Positions 18,830 through 27,998 of a DNA stretch of 64,000 nucleotides are shown one piece after another (position 1 is the stretch's first letter; every line of letters starts with the position of its first letter). Made by a program: the position numbers and the translations under genes. The notes beneath the pieces were generated by a model. The model searched no databases. It was not told the DNA's origin and saw only the letters and a list, made by a program, of their open reading frames with translations. Origin of the DNA: Hormoscilla sp. (GTDB lineage: Bacteria > Cyanobacteriota > Cyanobacteriia > Cyanobacteriales > Desertifilaceae); assembly GCA_051439505.1 (NCBI GenBank), contig JBFRWI010000002.1, forward strand, positions 1-64,000, read 5' to 3'.

Positions 18830-19285
18830 TTAGCATGGCACGAGGACATCCGATCGTCGCAAAACCCTCATATCCTCCTCATCCAATTCTACCGGAATTC
18901 CACTTCTGATCAACTCGGCAAAATCTTCATTCGGCACCATAATGCACAAAGCATACAACCGTTCTTTCCCCGTGTTTTCAATCAGGTGAGTGCCTGTGGA
19001 CGGCACTAACAGACTATCTCCCGCTTGAATGGGCACCTTTTTCCCGTCACAACTTGCCAGTCCTTCCCCCTTGAGGATAAAAAACATTTCTACTGCCATA
19101 TCGTGTCGGTTAGGAGGTGTCTTACCCCCCACGTCAAAGATTTCTATGCAGTAAGTCAAGGAGAAATCACTAGACTTCGGATCGAAGACGATCGCCAACC
19201 GGGTTCTATCGGTTGTACTTATTCTAAAAACATGGTAATCCCGGGGTGATTTAACCAGCGGGATCATGCAAATATTCTTGTCCAT
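18830..19285 (-). CDS. Cupin domain protein
   Basis: TPPNRHDMAVEMFFILKGEG...AGDSLLVPSTGTHLIEN. Confidence 0.9.
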   Translation of the reverse strand: MDKNICMIPLVKSPRDYHVFRISTTDRTRLAIVFDPKSSDFSLTYCIEIFDVGGKTPPNRHDMAVEMFFILKGEGLASCDGKKVPIQAGDSLLVPSTGTHLIENTGKERLYALCIMVPNEDFAELIRSGIPVELDEEDMRVLRRSDVLVPC

Positions 19286-19287
19286 AA

Positions 19288-20110
19288 TTAATTATATTCA
19301 GTGTTATTGATGCCCTTAATAATCGATTTGGAATCGCAGACAAAACCAAAGCATTGCTTGACATTATAAAGGGTAGCATGCCAGCAATAGTCAGGGGAAG
19401 TCGTAGCAGTATAGTCCGAGACCAAGATGCAGTCATAACCCAAAAAATTAGCATCTTGCAGGGTGGCCATCACGCATTGGTCGGCATTCACCCCCGCAAA
19501 TAAAAGGCTTGTTTTGCCCAGATTCCGTAAAATGCTATCCAGTATCCCAAAAACCGCTCATCCGGTACTTATCCACTTTAAGATCTTCTGGTAACTGCTG
19601 TAATTCGTCAACTACAGCAGCGGCCCAACTGCCAACTGTCAAGACTGGCGCATTATTTTTGGGCAAGGGGTCTCCCAGTCCCACCGCTTCTCCCGTAGAA
19701 TTGTAAACATGACGCAAACCAGCGCTAATATTTAATAAGTCCGGACGATTCCCCCAGTTTACCCAAATTACCGGGACATCTGCTGCCCGCAATGCTGGTA
19801 AGAGTTGATTTAAGGGGTCGATCGGCTTTCGGGCAGGATTGACATCTACCCCAATATGTGCTAACCAGCCATCGGGGTGACAGAAGTCGTTCTGCATGTC
19901 AATGACCAAGATAGCTGCTTTAGCTAAGTCCAGGCGCACCGTCTTAGTTTCTGTGGCCAGGGTGACGGGACTTCGATGTGCTCTGCGCGCGCTATTCGCA
20001 CTACGCATCGCACATCGAGGAGTGATGGCAGCACGAGTGATATCGGCAGTTTCGCCATCGACTCTCCAAGCATTCGGCGGCACTCCCAAACTACGCAGCG
20101 GTTTATTCAT
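19288..20110 (-). pseudogene. Isochorismatase-family cysteine hydrolase, frameshifted at ~19540
   Basis: IDMQNDF and VDKYRMSGFWDT in one frame; DSILRNLGKTSLLFAGVNADQCV continues in another frame. Confidence 0.85.
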
Positions 20111-20181
20111 CCGTTTTTTCTCCTGTAAGACTAGCTAATTAAGTTATCAGCAAACCTGGTTGTAGGAGACAGTTGTTTAGA

Positions 20182-20562
20182 ATGATTAAAGAAATGGTAA
20201 TCTATGCAGGAGGTTGTCACTGTGGGGCCGTCCGCTGGCGGGTGCAGGTTGACAAGCATGAGGCGATCGACTGCAACTGCTCGATCTGCACAAAGAAGGG
20301 TTTTTTGCATGTGATTGTACCGCAAGAGCAGTTTACCTTGCTGCAAGGAGAGGATGTTTTGAGCACTTATACTTTTAACACGGGGATTGCCAAGCATACA
20401 TTCTGCCGGATATGTGGTATACATTCTTTTTATCGACCCCGTTCTCATCCCGACGGCATTAGTGTCAACCGACCCTGTCTGGATGGGGAGGTGACGTCTC
20501 GTTTTGAAATCGTTCCCTTTGACGGAGCCAACTGGGAACAAAACGTGAATCAGATCCGCTAA
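20182..20562 (+). CDS. GFA/CENP-V family zinc-binding protein
   Basis: GGCHCGAV, CNCSICTK, FCRICGIH. Confidence 0.92.
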   Translation: MIKEMVIYAGGCHCGAVRWRVQVDKHEAIDCNCSICTKKGFLHVIVPQEQFTLLQGEDVLSTYTFNTGIAKHTFCRICGIHSFYRPRSHPDGISVNRPCLDGEVTSRFEIVPFDGANWEQNVNQIR

Positions 20563-20592
20563 ATTATAATTATTAACCACAGGAGGGTTGAC

Positions 20593-21672
20593 ATGGAAAC
20601 AAAAACCGAAACGATCAAGCAAAGTCAGTTGATAGGTCGCCTAGTGCTAGACCGGAGTACCACCGAAGAAGTGGGAAAAGTCGAGCAACTCTGGCTAGAC
20701 ACTAAGACCCACGAGGTTTTAGGATTGCTTTGCAAGTCAGGTGGCTTGCTGGGTGGCAAGAAGCAGATATTTAAGTGGACTCAGGTGGCCGCGATCGGGG
20801 ATAGTATCATGCTGGACATGAGTGCTGGCCTGGTAGAGGAAATCAAGCCAGACCAGTTGGATCGTATAATTGGTCACGAACTGTGGACCGATAAGGGTAA
20901 CAAGGCCGGTAAGCTGCTGGACTATCTATTCGATCGCCAGACGGGAAAAGTGATTAACTATATATTCACTTCCAGTGGCTTGACGGGAATAGTCGATGGC
21001 AGTTACCTGCTGTCTCCTGAGATAATTGACAACGTGGGCAGCAAGCGGGTGATTGTTTCCGAGGCCGCTGTGGGGGACAGTCAGCAACATGAAGAAGGGG
21101 TCGGGCAAAAAATCTCGAAGGCCGGAGAATTTCTGCAAGAGGATGCCAAAAAAACTCATAAGGACTTAAAAGCGGTGCAAGCGGCCCTGGGTCAACTGAA
21201 GGAACGGGCCGGGACTGTGGCGGAACAAGCCAAAAAAACCGCTACAGAAACTGCTGGTCAACTGAAGGAACGCGCTGGGACTGTAGCCGAACAAGCCAAG
21301 GAGACTGCTAAAGAGAAAGCAGATCAATTCAAGGAACGCGCTGGGACTGTAGCCGAACAAGCCAAGGAGACTGCTAAAGAGAAAGCAGATCAATTCAAGG
21401 AACGCGCTGGGACTGTGGCCGAACGGGCCAAAGAGACTGCTAAAGAGAAAGCAGATCAATTCAAGGAACGCGCTGGCACTGTGGCCGAACAAGCCAAAAA
21501 AACCGCTACAGAGACCGCTAGTCAACTCAAGGAGAAAGCCGATCGGGTGGTTGAGAAAGCTAAATCACCAGAATCTTCTGAAAAGCAAACCCCTGTCCCC
21601 AGGGTAATAGAAGTGGATGCCGAGGCGGCTGAAGATACGCCAACAGTGGAAGCATCAGAGACTCAGAAGTAG
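20593..21672 (+). CDS. Tandem PRC-barrel protein with LEA-like repeat tail
   Basis: Two PRC-barrel-like units (LIGRLVLD..EVGKV; IIGHELWTDKGNKAGKL); 22-aa repeats. Confidence 0.8.
   Translation: METKTETIKQSQLIGRLVLDRSTTEEVGKVEQLWLDTKTHEVLGLLCKSGGLLGGKKQIFKWTQVAAIGDSIMLDMSAGLVEEIKPDQLDRIIGHELWTDKGNKAGKLLDYLFDRQTGKVINYIFTSSGLTGIVDGSYLLSPEIIDNVGSKRVIVSEAAVGDSQQHEEGVGQKISKAGEFLQEDAKKTHKDLKAVQAALGQLKERAGTVAEQAKKTATETAGQLKERAGTVAEQAKETAKEKADQFKERAGTVAEQAKETAKEKADQFKERAGTVAERAKETAKEKADQFKERAGTVAEQAKKTATETASQLKEKADRVVEKAKSPESSEKQTPVPRVIEVDAEAAEDTPTVEASETQK
21190..21540 (+). repeat. Coding 66-bp tandem repeat x5 (QFKERAGTVAEQAKETAKEKAD)
   Basis: Direct reading. Confidence 0.92.
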
Positions 21673-21773
21673 GGTTGTCCGGAGATATCTAAACAACTGG
21701 GGGGATGAATTTTTCTCATCATTCCCCCATCCCGTGTCAATTCTCAATTTAGGAAATCACAAAGGTATTAGAT

Positions 21774-23177
21774 ATGAGTTTTACAATTCAAAATGTGTTA
21801 ATTCCAGTAGAGTCCGGTTACGAAACGGTGGATGTGTTACTGGAGGCCGATCGCATTGCGGCCATTGCCCCGAAATTAGAGGCGATCGGCACTGTGATCG
21901 ACGGGCGCAACAAACTATTACTGCCGGGTTTTATCAACGCCCACAGTCATTCTTCGGAGATGTGGCAGCGGGGTATCATTCCCCCTTTACCGCTAGAATT
22001 ATGGATAGCCGAACTCTACGATTTTACCCCCTTAAACACGGAGGATATTTACCTGAGTGCCCTGGGGACTGCTGTGGAAACTTTACTTTCGGGGGGGACG
22101 ACCATTGTAGATCACTTAGTATTAATTCCGGGACAGGAACTGGAGACAGTCGCTGCTGCTGTGCGTGCTTATAAAGAGGTAGGTATCCGTGCTTTTATCG
22201 GTCCCCTAATTCAAGACCAATCTCTGACAGCAGGGGTTCCATCGGGGGGAGAAAGTCAACTGCAACAGGAACCTTATATTCGTTCGACCACTGCAACTTT
22301 GGAACTGATGGCAGAGATGGTGAATGCCTTCCATCGCCCTGAAGAGGGCGTGAATATTATGGTGGCACCAACGGGGATACATCTGTGTTCCGATGAGTTG
22401 TTTGCCGGTTGCATAGAATTGAGCGATCGGGCCTTACTTTGCCGCCACGCCCATCTCTTAGAAACGCCCGCCCAAGAGAAGCTAGCGCAAGAAAAATACG
22501 GTTGTAGTGCGGTGGCCCACCTGCAAGAAATCGGCTATTTGGGTCCGCGCACTTCTCTGGCCCATTGCGTGTGGCTGAGTGATGCCGATATCGATATTTT
22601 AGCAGAAACTAAATCCACCGTGGTTCACAATCCCCTCAGTAACCTGCGCTTAGGTAGTGGTATTGCGCCGATTTTGAAATTCAGAAAAGCAGGAGTTAAT
22701 GTTTCTTTTGGCTGCGATGGGGCGGCGAGTAATGACTCTCAAGATTTGCTAGAAGCTATCAAAATAGGTTCAATGTTGCACAATATCACGGACTTAGACT
22801 ATCGTCATTGGATCACCCCCAGGCAGTCCGTAGAAATGGCATCCCTCGGCGGGGCGATCGGTCTCAACATGTCGGATATGCTAGGTTCTCTTACCGTCGG
22901 CAAAAAAGCAGATTTAGTAGTTTATGACTTAACTTCTTTATCTTTGCTGCCTCGCACTGACCCGATCGGGTTATTAATTCTGGGGCGTCCCGTCCAAGTC
23001 GTAGACAGCGCCTGGGTGAATGGTGCGCCAGTCATTACCTCCGGGCAGATCGCCAACATTAATGTGGATGATTTGCGCCAACAGTTATTTAAGCACAGTC
23101 AGTGGACTAGCAATCGTCAATCCCAGGGGGTAAGTAGTATTGAAGCCCATTATCGCTCAGTCATGAATATTAATTGA
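21774..23177 (+). CDS. Metal-dependent amidohydrolase (TrzA/AtzB/SAH-deaminase-like)
   Basis: PGFINAHSH, HAHLLET, HNPLSNLRLGSG, GCDGAASND. Confidence 0.9.
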   Translation: MSFTIQNVLIPVESGYETVDVLLEADRIAAIAPKLEAIGTVIDGRNKLLLPGFINAHSHSSEMWQRGIIPPLPLELWIAELYDFTPLNTEDIYLSALGTAVETLLSGGTTIVDHLVLIPGQELETVAAAVRAYKEVGIRAFIGPLIQDQSLTAGVPSGGESQLQQEPYIRSTTATLELMAEMVNAFHRPEEGVNIMVAPTGIHLCSDELFAGCIELSDRALLCRHAHLLETPAQEKLAQEKYGCSAVAHLQEIGYLGPRTSLAHCVWLSDADIDILAETKSTVVHNPLSNLRLGSGIAPILKFRKAGVNVSFGCDGAASNDSQDLLEAIKIGSMLHNITDLDYRHWITPRQSVEMASLGGAIGLNMSDMLGSLTVGKKADLVVYDLTSLSLLPRTDPIGLLILGRPVQVVDSAWVNGAPVITSGQIANINVDDLRQQLFKHSQWTSNRQSQGVSSIEAHYRSVMNIN

Positions 23178-23404
23178 AAATTGGGAATTGAAAATTGGGA
23201 ATTGAAAATTGGGAATTGCGAATAAGCAACTAACAACTGACAAAGTCATTATAGGATAAACATCCATTAATGTCAACAAATGGCTGGCATCTGTGGCGCA
23301 GGATCTCGCCCAAATCCTGGCAAATAGTAGGAGAAAAAGGTTAAATCGAGGTTAAAATAGGATTAAGTATGAGAATAATTAGTAAAAAGCTCTACTATTG
23401 ACAA

Positions 23405-23608
23405 ATGCTGAAGATCGGAAGCTTGGTGCGGGTGCTGTACCCAGAATATGCTGCGGGTATCCTGGGGAGAATTCTGGATAACGAACCATCCGGTAGGTGG
23501 ATAGTGCAGTTAGAGTATAACCCGATCGAAGATGATGAAGATCCTCTGCTGTTGTCTTTAGAGGAGTCAGAATTTGAAGTCATTAGGTCGGATCCGAGGG
23601 ATGACTAG
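23405..23608 (+). CDS. Small hypothetical protein (SH3-like)
   Basis: 67-aa ORF KIGSLVRVLYPEYAAG...GRWIVQL; operon-like spacing. Confidence 0.65.
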   Translation: MLKIGSLVRVLYPEYAAGILGRILDNEPSGRWIVQLEYNPIEDDEDPLLLSLEESEFEVIRSDPRDD

Positions 23609-23617
23609 GGGGGAAAA

Positions 23618-23851
23618 ATGAAAGATATCTCAGATTTTCTCTATCCGCGCAGCCGCTATTATGGTAAAATCACGCCAGAAAGCTTGATTTTCAACGCTAA
23701 CCTACAGGAGTTTGCCCAGCGGGTGAGTTTGATCTGCGCTTTGGAAACCGGTGGCAAGCTGTCACCAGAAGAATCTTACAATCAAATTGAGGTTCTCTGG
23801 GAACAGTTGGAACGCACAACCAAGCAACTGGGCATTGGCAATAGTTCTTAG
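23618..23851 (+). CDS. Conserved cyanobacterial small protein
   Basis: FLYPRSRYYG..TPESLIFNANLQEFAQRVSLICALETGGKLSP. Confidence 0.85.
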   Translation: MKDISDFLYPRSRYYGKITPESLIFNANLQEFAQRVSLICALETGGKLSPEESYNQIEVLWEQLERTTKQLGIGNSS

Positions 23852-23898
23852 TACGTAAGGGGAAACAGCTTGAGGACTTTAGTCCTCACTACAAACGG

Positions 23899-25260
23899 AT
23901 GAATAAGCAAACAGAACAGCAGGTAACTATAGGCAGATTTTTCTCCTTTGCCCAACTCCAAACTGATACCCGCACGGAACTGTTGGCAGGGGTGACAACC
24001 TTCGTGACCATGGCCTATATTCTAGTGGTCAATCCCGAGATTTTGTCCGCTGCTATTTTTCTACAAGAGTCGGGAGATTTATTTGGAGAACTGGTCATCG
24101 CGACAGCCCTATCCTCGGCGATCGCATCTCTGGTGATGGGGTTGTATGCCAATTATCCCTTTGCCTTGGCCCCAGGAATGGGACTGAATGCCTATTTTGC
24201 CTTTGCGGTAGTGTTAGGATTGGGAATAGATTGGCGGGTGGGGTTAAGTGCAGTATTCATCGAGGGACTAATTTTTATTGCTCTAACTGTTACCAACCTG
24301 CGCAGCAAAATCGTCAAAATAATTCCCGAATGCATTAAACACGCCACCGCCGCAGGCATTGGCCTATTCATCGCCTACATCGGTCTCACCCAATCGGGTA
24401 TTATTGTCCCAGACGAGGCAACTACGACGGCATTGGGGGACTTGAAGAATGGTGCGACAAGAGTGGCGATCGCGGGTATATTAATCACAGGGGCCTTTGT
24501 AGCGCGACGACTTCAAGGATCGTTACTCTGGGGAATAATAGCTACGGCTGTGCTAGGATGGATTCTGGGAATTGCTCCTTGGCCGTCGGGACTCGTAGCG
24601 TTACCTCAATGGCCGGGACATTTACTGGGGCAAGCGATCGTGGGATTAGGGCAGGTATGGCAAAGCAATATCTTCGATCTGCTGGCAACTCTGTTTGTCT
24701 TGCTGTTCGTGGATCTGTTTGGCAGCGTGGGTACCCTGACTGGTTTAGGCATACAAGCGGGATATATGAACGAACGAGGCGAAATGCCGCGTGCATCTCA
24801 AGCATTAATGGCAGACGCCATCGGCACCACTACGGGGGCATTTCTGGGCACCTCCACTGTGACCACCTATATTGAATCTGCTTCGGGAGTTTCTGAAGGG
24901 GGACGCAGTGGTTTTACCGCCGTGGTTGTCGCAGTTTTATTTGCGATCGCCATCTTTTTCATACCCGCGATCGGGGCCATTCCCCCTTTTGCCACGGCAC
25001 CCGCCCTGGTAATTGTGGGAGTGTTAATGGCGGGTACTGTCAGACAGATTCACTGGGAGGATCCAGCGGAATCAATTCCGGCATTTTTAACCATATTACT
25101 GATTCCTTTGAGCGCATCCATTGCCGAAGGATTAGCAGTCGGCTTTATTACCTATCCTCTGCTGAAGGCATGTCAAGGGAAAGCCCGTGAAATTAGCCCA
25201 GCTATATGGATTTTAGCAGCAGTATTCGCCCTGAGATTTGTACTCATGGCTTTTATTTGA
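23899..25260 (+). CDS. NCS2/AzgA-family nucleobase permease
   Basis: AGVTTFVTMAYILVVNP, ALAPGMGLNAYF, YIESASGVSEGGRSG; many TM helices. Confidence 0.93.
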   Translation: MNKQTEQQVTIGRFFSFAQLQTDTRTELLAGVTTFVTMAYILVVNPEILSAAIFLQESGDLFGELVIATALSSAIASLVMGLYANYPFALAPGMGLNAYFAFAVVLGLGIDWRVGLSAVFIEGLIFIALTVTNLRSKIVKIIPECIKHATAAGIGLFIAYIGLTQSGIIVPDEATTTALGDLKNGATRVAIAGILITGAFVARRLQGSLLWGIIATAVLGWILGIAPWPSGLVALPQWPGHLLGQAIVGLGQVWQSNIFDLLATLFVLLFVDLFGSVGTLTGLGIQAGYMNERGEMPRASQALMADAIGTTTGAFLGTSTVTTYIESASGVSEGGRSGFTAVVVAVLFAIAIFFIPAIGAIPPFATAPALVIVGVLMAGTVRQIHWEDPAESIPAFLTILLIPLSASIAEGLAVGFITYPLLKACQGKAREISPAIWILAAVFALRFVLMAFI

Positions 25261-25289
25261 CGTTTGTTGTTTTGAATATGGAATTGCTT

Positions 25290-25664
25290 ATGTCTGACTT
25301 ACCACCATTGAATACAGAGACAATTTGGGCGATCGTTAACGATAGCATTGATGATGCCACAGTGAACCAACTGGTTTGGCATTGCCTGGGTTATCGCTAC
25401 GAAGAGGGGACGGGCAAATGGGACATCACTGGAGTTGTAGGGGACTGGGGAGAAGCATATCCAGAACCACCGGATTTTATCGAAAACCGACCGCCAACAG
25501 TGAAGTTAACTCGTTCCATTCCCAAAGAGAATAAACAGTTATTGAAGGAACAGTTGGGGTTTAAGGGCTATCAAATAAGTGAATTGAAACCCAGGCTGAC
25601 TCGGCGGGCAACAGCAGCTAACTGGCTGTTAAGCTATATGAAAGATCCCGAAATAACTGGTTAA
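25290..25664 (+). CDS. DUF1823 family protein
   Basis: DATVNQLVWHCLGYRY...YPEPPDFI...VKLTRSIPKENKQLLKEQLGFKGY. Confidence 0.85.
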   Translation: MSDLPPLNTETIWAIVNDSIDDATVNQLVWHCLGYRYEEGTGKWDITGVVGDWGEAYPEPPDFIENRPPTVKLTRSIPKENKQLLKEQLGFKGYQISELKPRLTRRATAANWLLSYMKDPEITG

Positions 25665-25669
25665 GAACC

Positions 25670-25741
25670 GGTTCGTAGTGAGGACTTTAGTCCTCATTTT
25701 ATTATCGGTTCGTAGTGAGGACTTGAGTCCTCACTACGAAC
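25670..25741. repeat. Palindromic repeat GTTCGTAGTGAGGACTTTAGTCCTCACTACGAAC, two copies
   Basis: Also at ~23872 and 48659-48742. Confidence 0.8.
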
Positions 25742-25788
25742 AATCAGATTGTTGTTTGGATAATAATCCGGATAAAATGACAGAAAGA

Positions 25789-26640
25789 TCAAACAACTTC
25801 AAAGGAGAGAATCAAATAACGAGACAGTCCCAAGCGGTTAATAAATTCGGCCCCAGCCGTTACCCTCTCGATCGCCATGTCTCCCGCCTGACGCTGTAGC
25901 CTCCGTACCACTGGGTAAGTTGGCAGGGTGTTGACTGTGATGTCTTCGGACTGCTTGAGCTTAAATTGAGTAGTTGCAGCTAAACTCCGGTATTTCTCCA
26001 GGGTGAATCTACTGTTAACTGGTCCGTAGGTGCTAGCCACAGAAGGTTTAATCAAATTTTCCGCTAGCTGGTTAAAGTAGATGAGAACTGGCAGGGGCAC
26101 AAAGTCGCAGATGGCCAATCTTCCTCCCGGGGCCAGAACTCGCCGGGCTTCTTGGAAAAAGCGCTCTCGACTGGGAAAATGGAAAATGCACTCCACTGCC
26201 AGCACCACATCAAAGGAGTTGTCCTCAAAAGGCAATTCGCAGGCATCAGCGAGTATAAAATCGATCTGATTGCCATTACTCGGTTGTACTTGTTCTCTGG
26301 CCCTGGCTAGCTGGCGATCGTCAATGTTCAAGCCAACTAACTGATTATCGGAGAAACGTTCGTTCAGACTGGCGATCGTGCCGCCGAAACCGCAACCGCA
26401 ATCGAGAATGCGATCGGCATTATCGACCCCACCAGCATCGCACACCCGCCTGCACAAATTTTCAGCCGCTGCCGCAAAGTCTGCTACCGTACCATCGGCT
26501 GCATTGGGGTTATCCCAGTAGCCCCAATGGACATGGCGGCCAAATGCTCCGATCGCCTGCTCATTGCCTTTGCCAAATTCTGCGAGCAGCCCGTCAAAAT
26601 AGGGCAAATCCACGTTATTTTCTACCATATTCTCTGTCAT
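25789..26640 (-). CDS. Class I SAM-dependent methyltransferase, copy 1
   Basis: GRHVHWGYW, ILDCGCGFGG, FDVVLAVECIFHF. Confidence 0.92.
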   Translation of the reverse strand: MTENMVENNVDLPYFDGLLAEFGKGNEQAIGAFGRHVHWGYWDNPNAADGTVADFAAAAENLCRRVCDAGGVDNADRILDCGCGFGGTIASLNERFSDNQLVGLNIDDRQLARAREQVQPSNGNQIDFILADACELPFEDNSFDVVLAVECIFHFPSRERFFQEARRVLAPGGRLAICDFVPLPVLIYFNQLAENLIKPSVASTYGPVNSRFTLEKYRSLAATTQFKLKQSEDITVNTLPTYPVVRRLQRQAGDMAIERVTAGAEFINRLGLSRYLILSFEVV

Positions 26641-26712
26641 TTTTGATTGATTATTGTCCTGGGGGCAACGGTTGTCCGATCGATCACCCGCATGTGATAT
26701 CTTAATCAAAGA

Positions 26713-27564
26713 TCAAACAACTTCAAAGGACACAATCAGATAACGGAACAGTCCCAAGCGCGTCATCCACTCTGTCCCGGAGGTTACCCTCTCCGTCGCC
26801 AGGTCTCCCGCCTGACGCTGTAGCCTTCGTACTACCGGGTAAGTTGGCAGGGTGTTGACTGTGATGTCTTCGGACTGCTTGAGCTTAAATTGAGTAGTTG
26901 CAGCTAAACTCCGGTATTTCTCCAGGGTGAATCTACTGTCAACTGGTCCGTATGTGCGATCGACAGAATATTTGAGCCAATCCCCCCCCAGCTGGCCCAA
27001 GGAGAGGAGCACTGGCAGGGGTACAAAGTCGCAGATGGTCAATCTTCCTCCCGGGGCCAGAACTCGCCGGGCTTCTTGGAAAAAGCGCTCTCGACGGGGA
27101 AAATGGAAAATGCACTCCACTGCCAGCACCACATCAAAGGAGTTGTCCTCAAAAGGCATGGCGCAGGCATCGGCGAGTATAAAATCGATCTGATTGCCAT
27201 TGCGGGGTTGTACTTTTTCTCTGGCCCGGGCTAGCTGGCGATCGTCAATGTTCAAGCCAACTAACTGTTTATCGGAGAAACGTTCGTTCAGACTGGCGAT
27301 CGTGCCGCCGAAACCGCAACCGCAGTCGAGGATGCGTGAGGCCGCATCAACACCACCAGCATCGCACACCCGCCTGCACAAATTTTCAGCCGCTGCCGCA
27401 AAGTCTGCTACCGTACCATCGGCTGCATTGGGGTTATCCCAGTAGCCCCAATGGACATGGCGGCCAAATGCTCCGAGCATATGCTCGTTCCCTTTATCAA
27501 ATTCTGCTAACAGCCCGTCAAAATAGGGCAAGTCTACGTTAGTTTTTACCATCTTCCCTGTCAT
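26713..27564 (-). CDS. Class I SAM-dependent methyltransferase, copy 2 (tandem duplicate)
   Basis: Long stretches identical to copy 1. Confidence 0.92.
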   Translation of the reverse strand: MTGKMVKTNVDLPYFDGLLAEFDKGNEHMLGAFGRHVHWGYWDNPNAADGTVADFAAAAENLCRRVCDAGGVDAASRILDCGCGFGGTIASLNERFSDKQLVGLNIDDRQLARAREKVQPRNGNQIDFILADACAMPFEDNSFDVVLAVECIFHFPRRERFFQEARRVLAPGGRLTICDFVPLPVLLSLGQLGGDWLKYSVDRTYGPVDSRFTLEKYRSLAATTQFKLKQSEDITVNTLPTYPVVRRLQRQAGDLATERVTSGTEWMTRLGLFRYLIVSFEVV

Positions 27565-27652
27565 TAAGAACCCTTTACGATCTAAGATTTTTATATTATA
27601 CTCTAGTTGCCACTTACACAACTACCACACCCCAAATTACTCTCCTCTCTTA

Positions 27653-27712
27653 GGGGGGGGATCCGGCAACTGGGAGGGTCACCCGAACGATCGACGGGTT
27701 TTGACCACACCC
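27653..27712. mobile_element. Partial copy of the GGGTGTGGTC-ended MITE
   Basis: GGGGGGGATCCGGCAACTGGGAG...GGGTTTTGACCACACCC matches the reverse complement of the left arm of 15984-16125. Confidence 0.75.
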
Positions 27713-27998
27713 GGTGCTCACCCTAATCTTATTTTCTCGTGCGATCTTCGATATTGGGAGCTATCCACCCTACATCATATATGCAATAATTTGGCATTTT
27801 TTATTTGGCGTTGCACAACAACGGGACGATCGGGGTTGACAATTTAAAATTGTGAATGGTAAATCTAAATAGTTATAAATGTTCATCAATAGACAAATCC
27901 TGGCTTTTCAATTTGCAATTTTCCTCGTTCCCTGGCTCCCGCCTGGGAACGGCAATTGGCAACAATTGACTGCTATCATCGGTAAAAATGTGCAACGC

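Noticed and set aside
25789..27564. Near-identical gene pair, considered as a DGR template/variable repeat
   Set aside because: Both are whole intact genes, the differences do not appear adenine-specific, and there is no reverse transcriptase in the window
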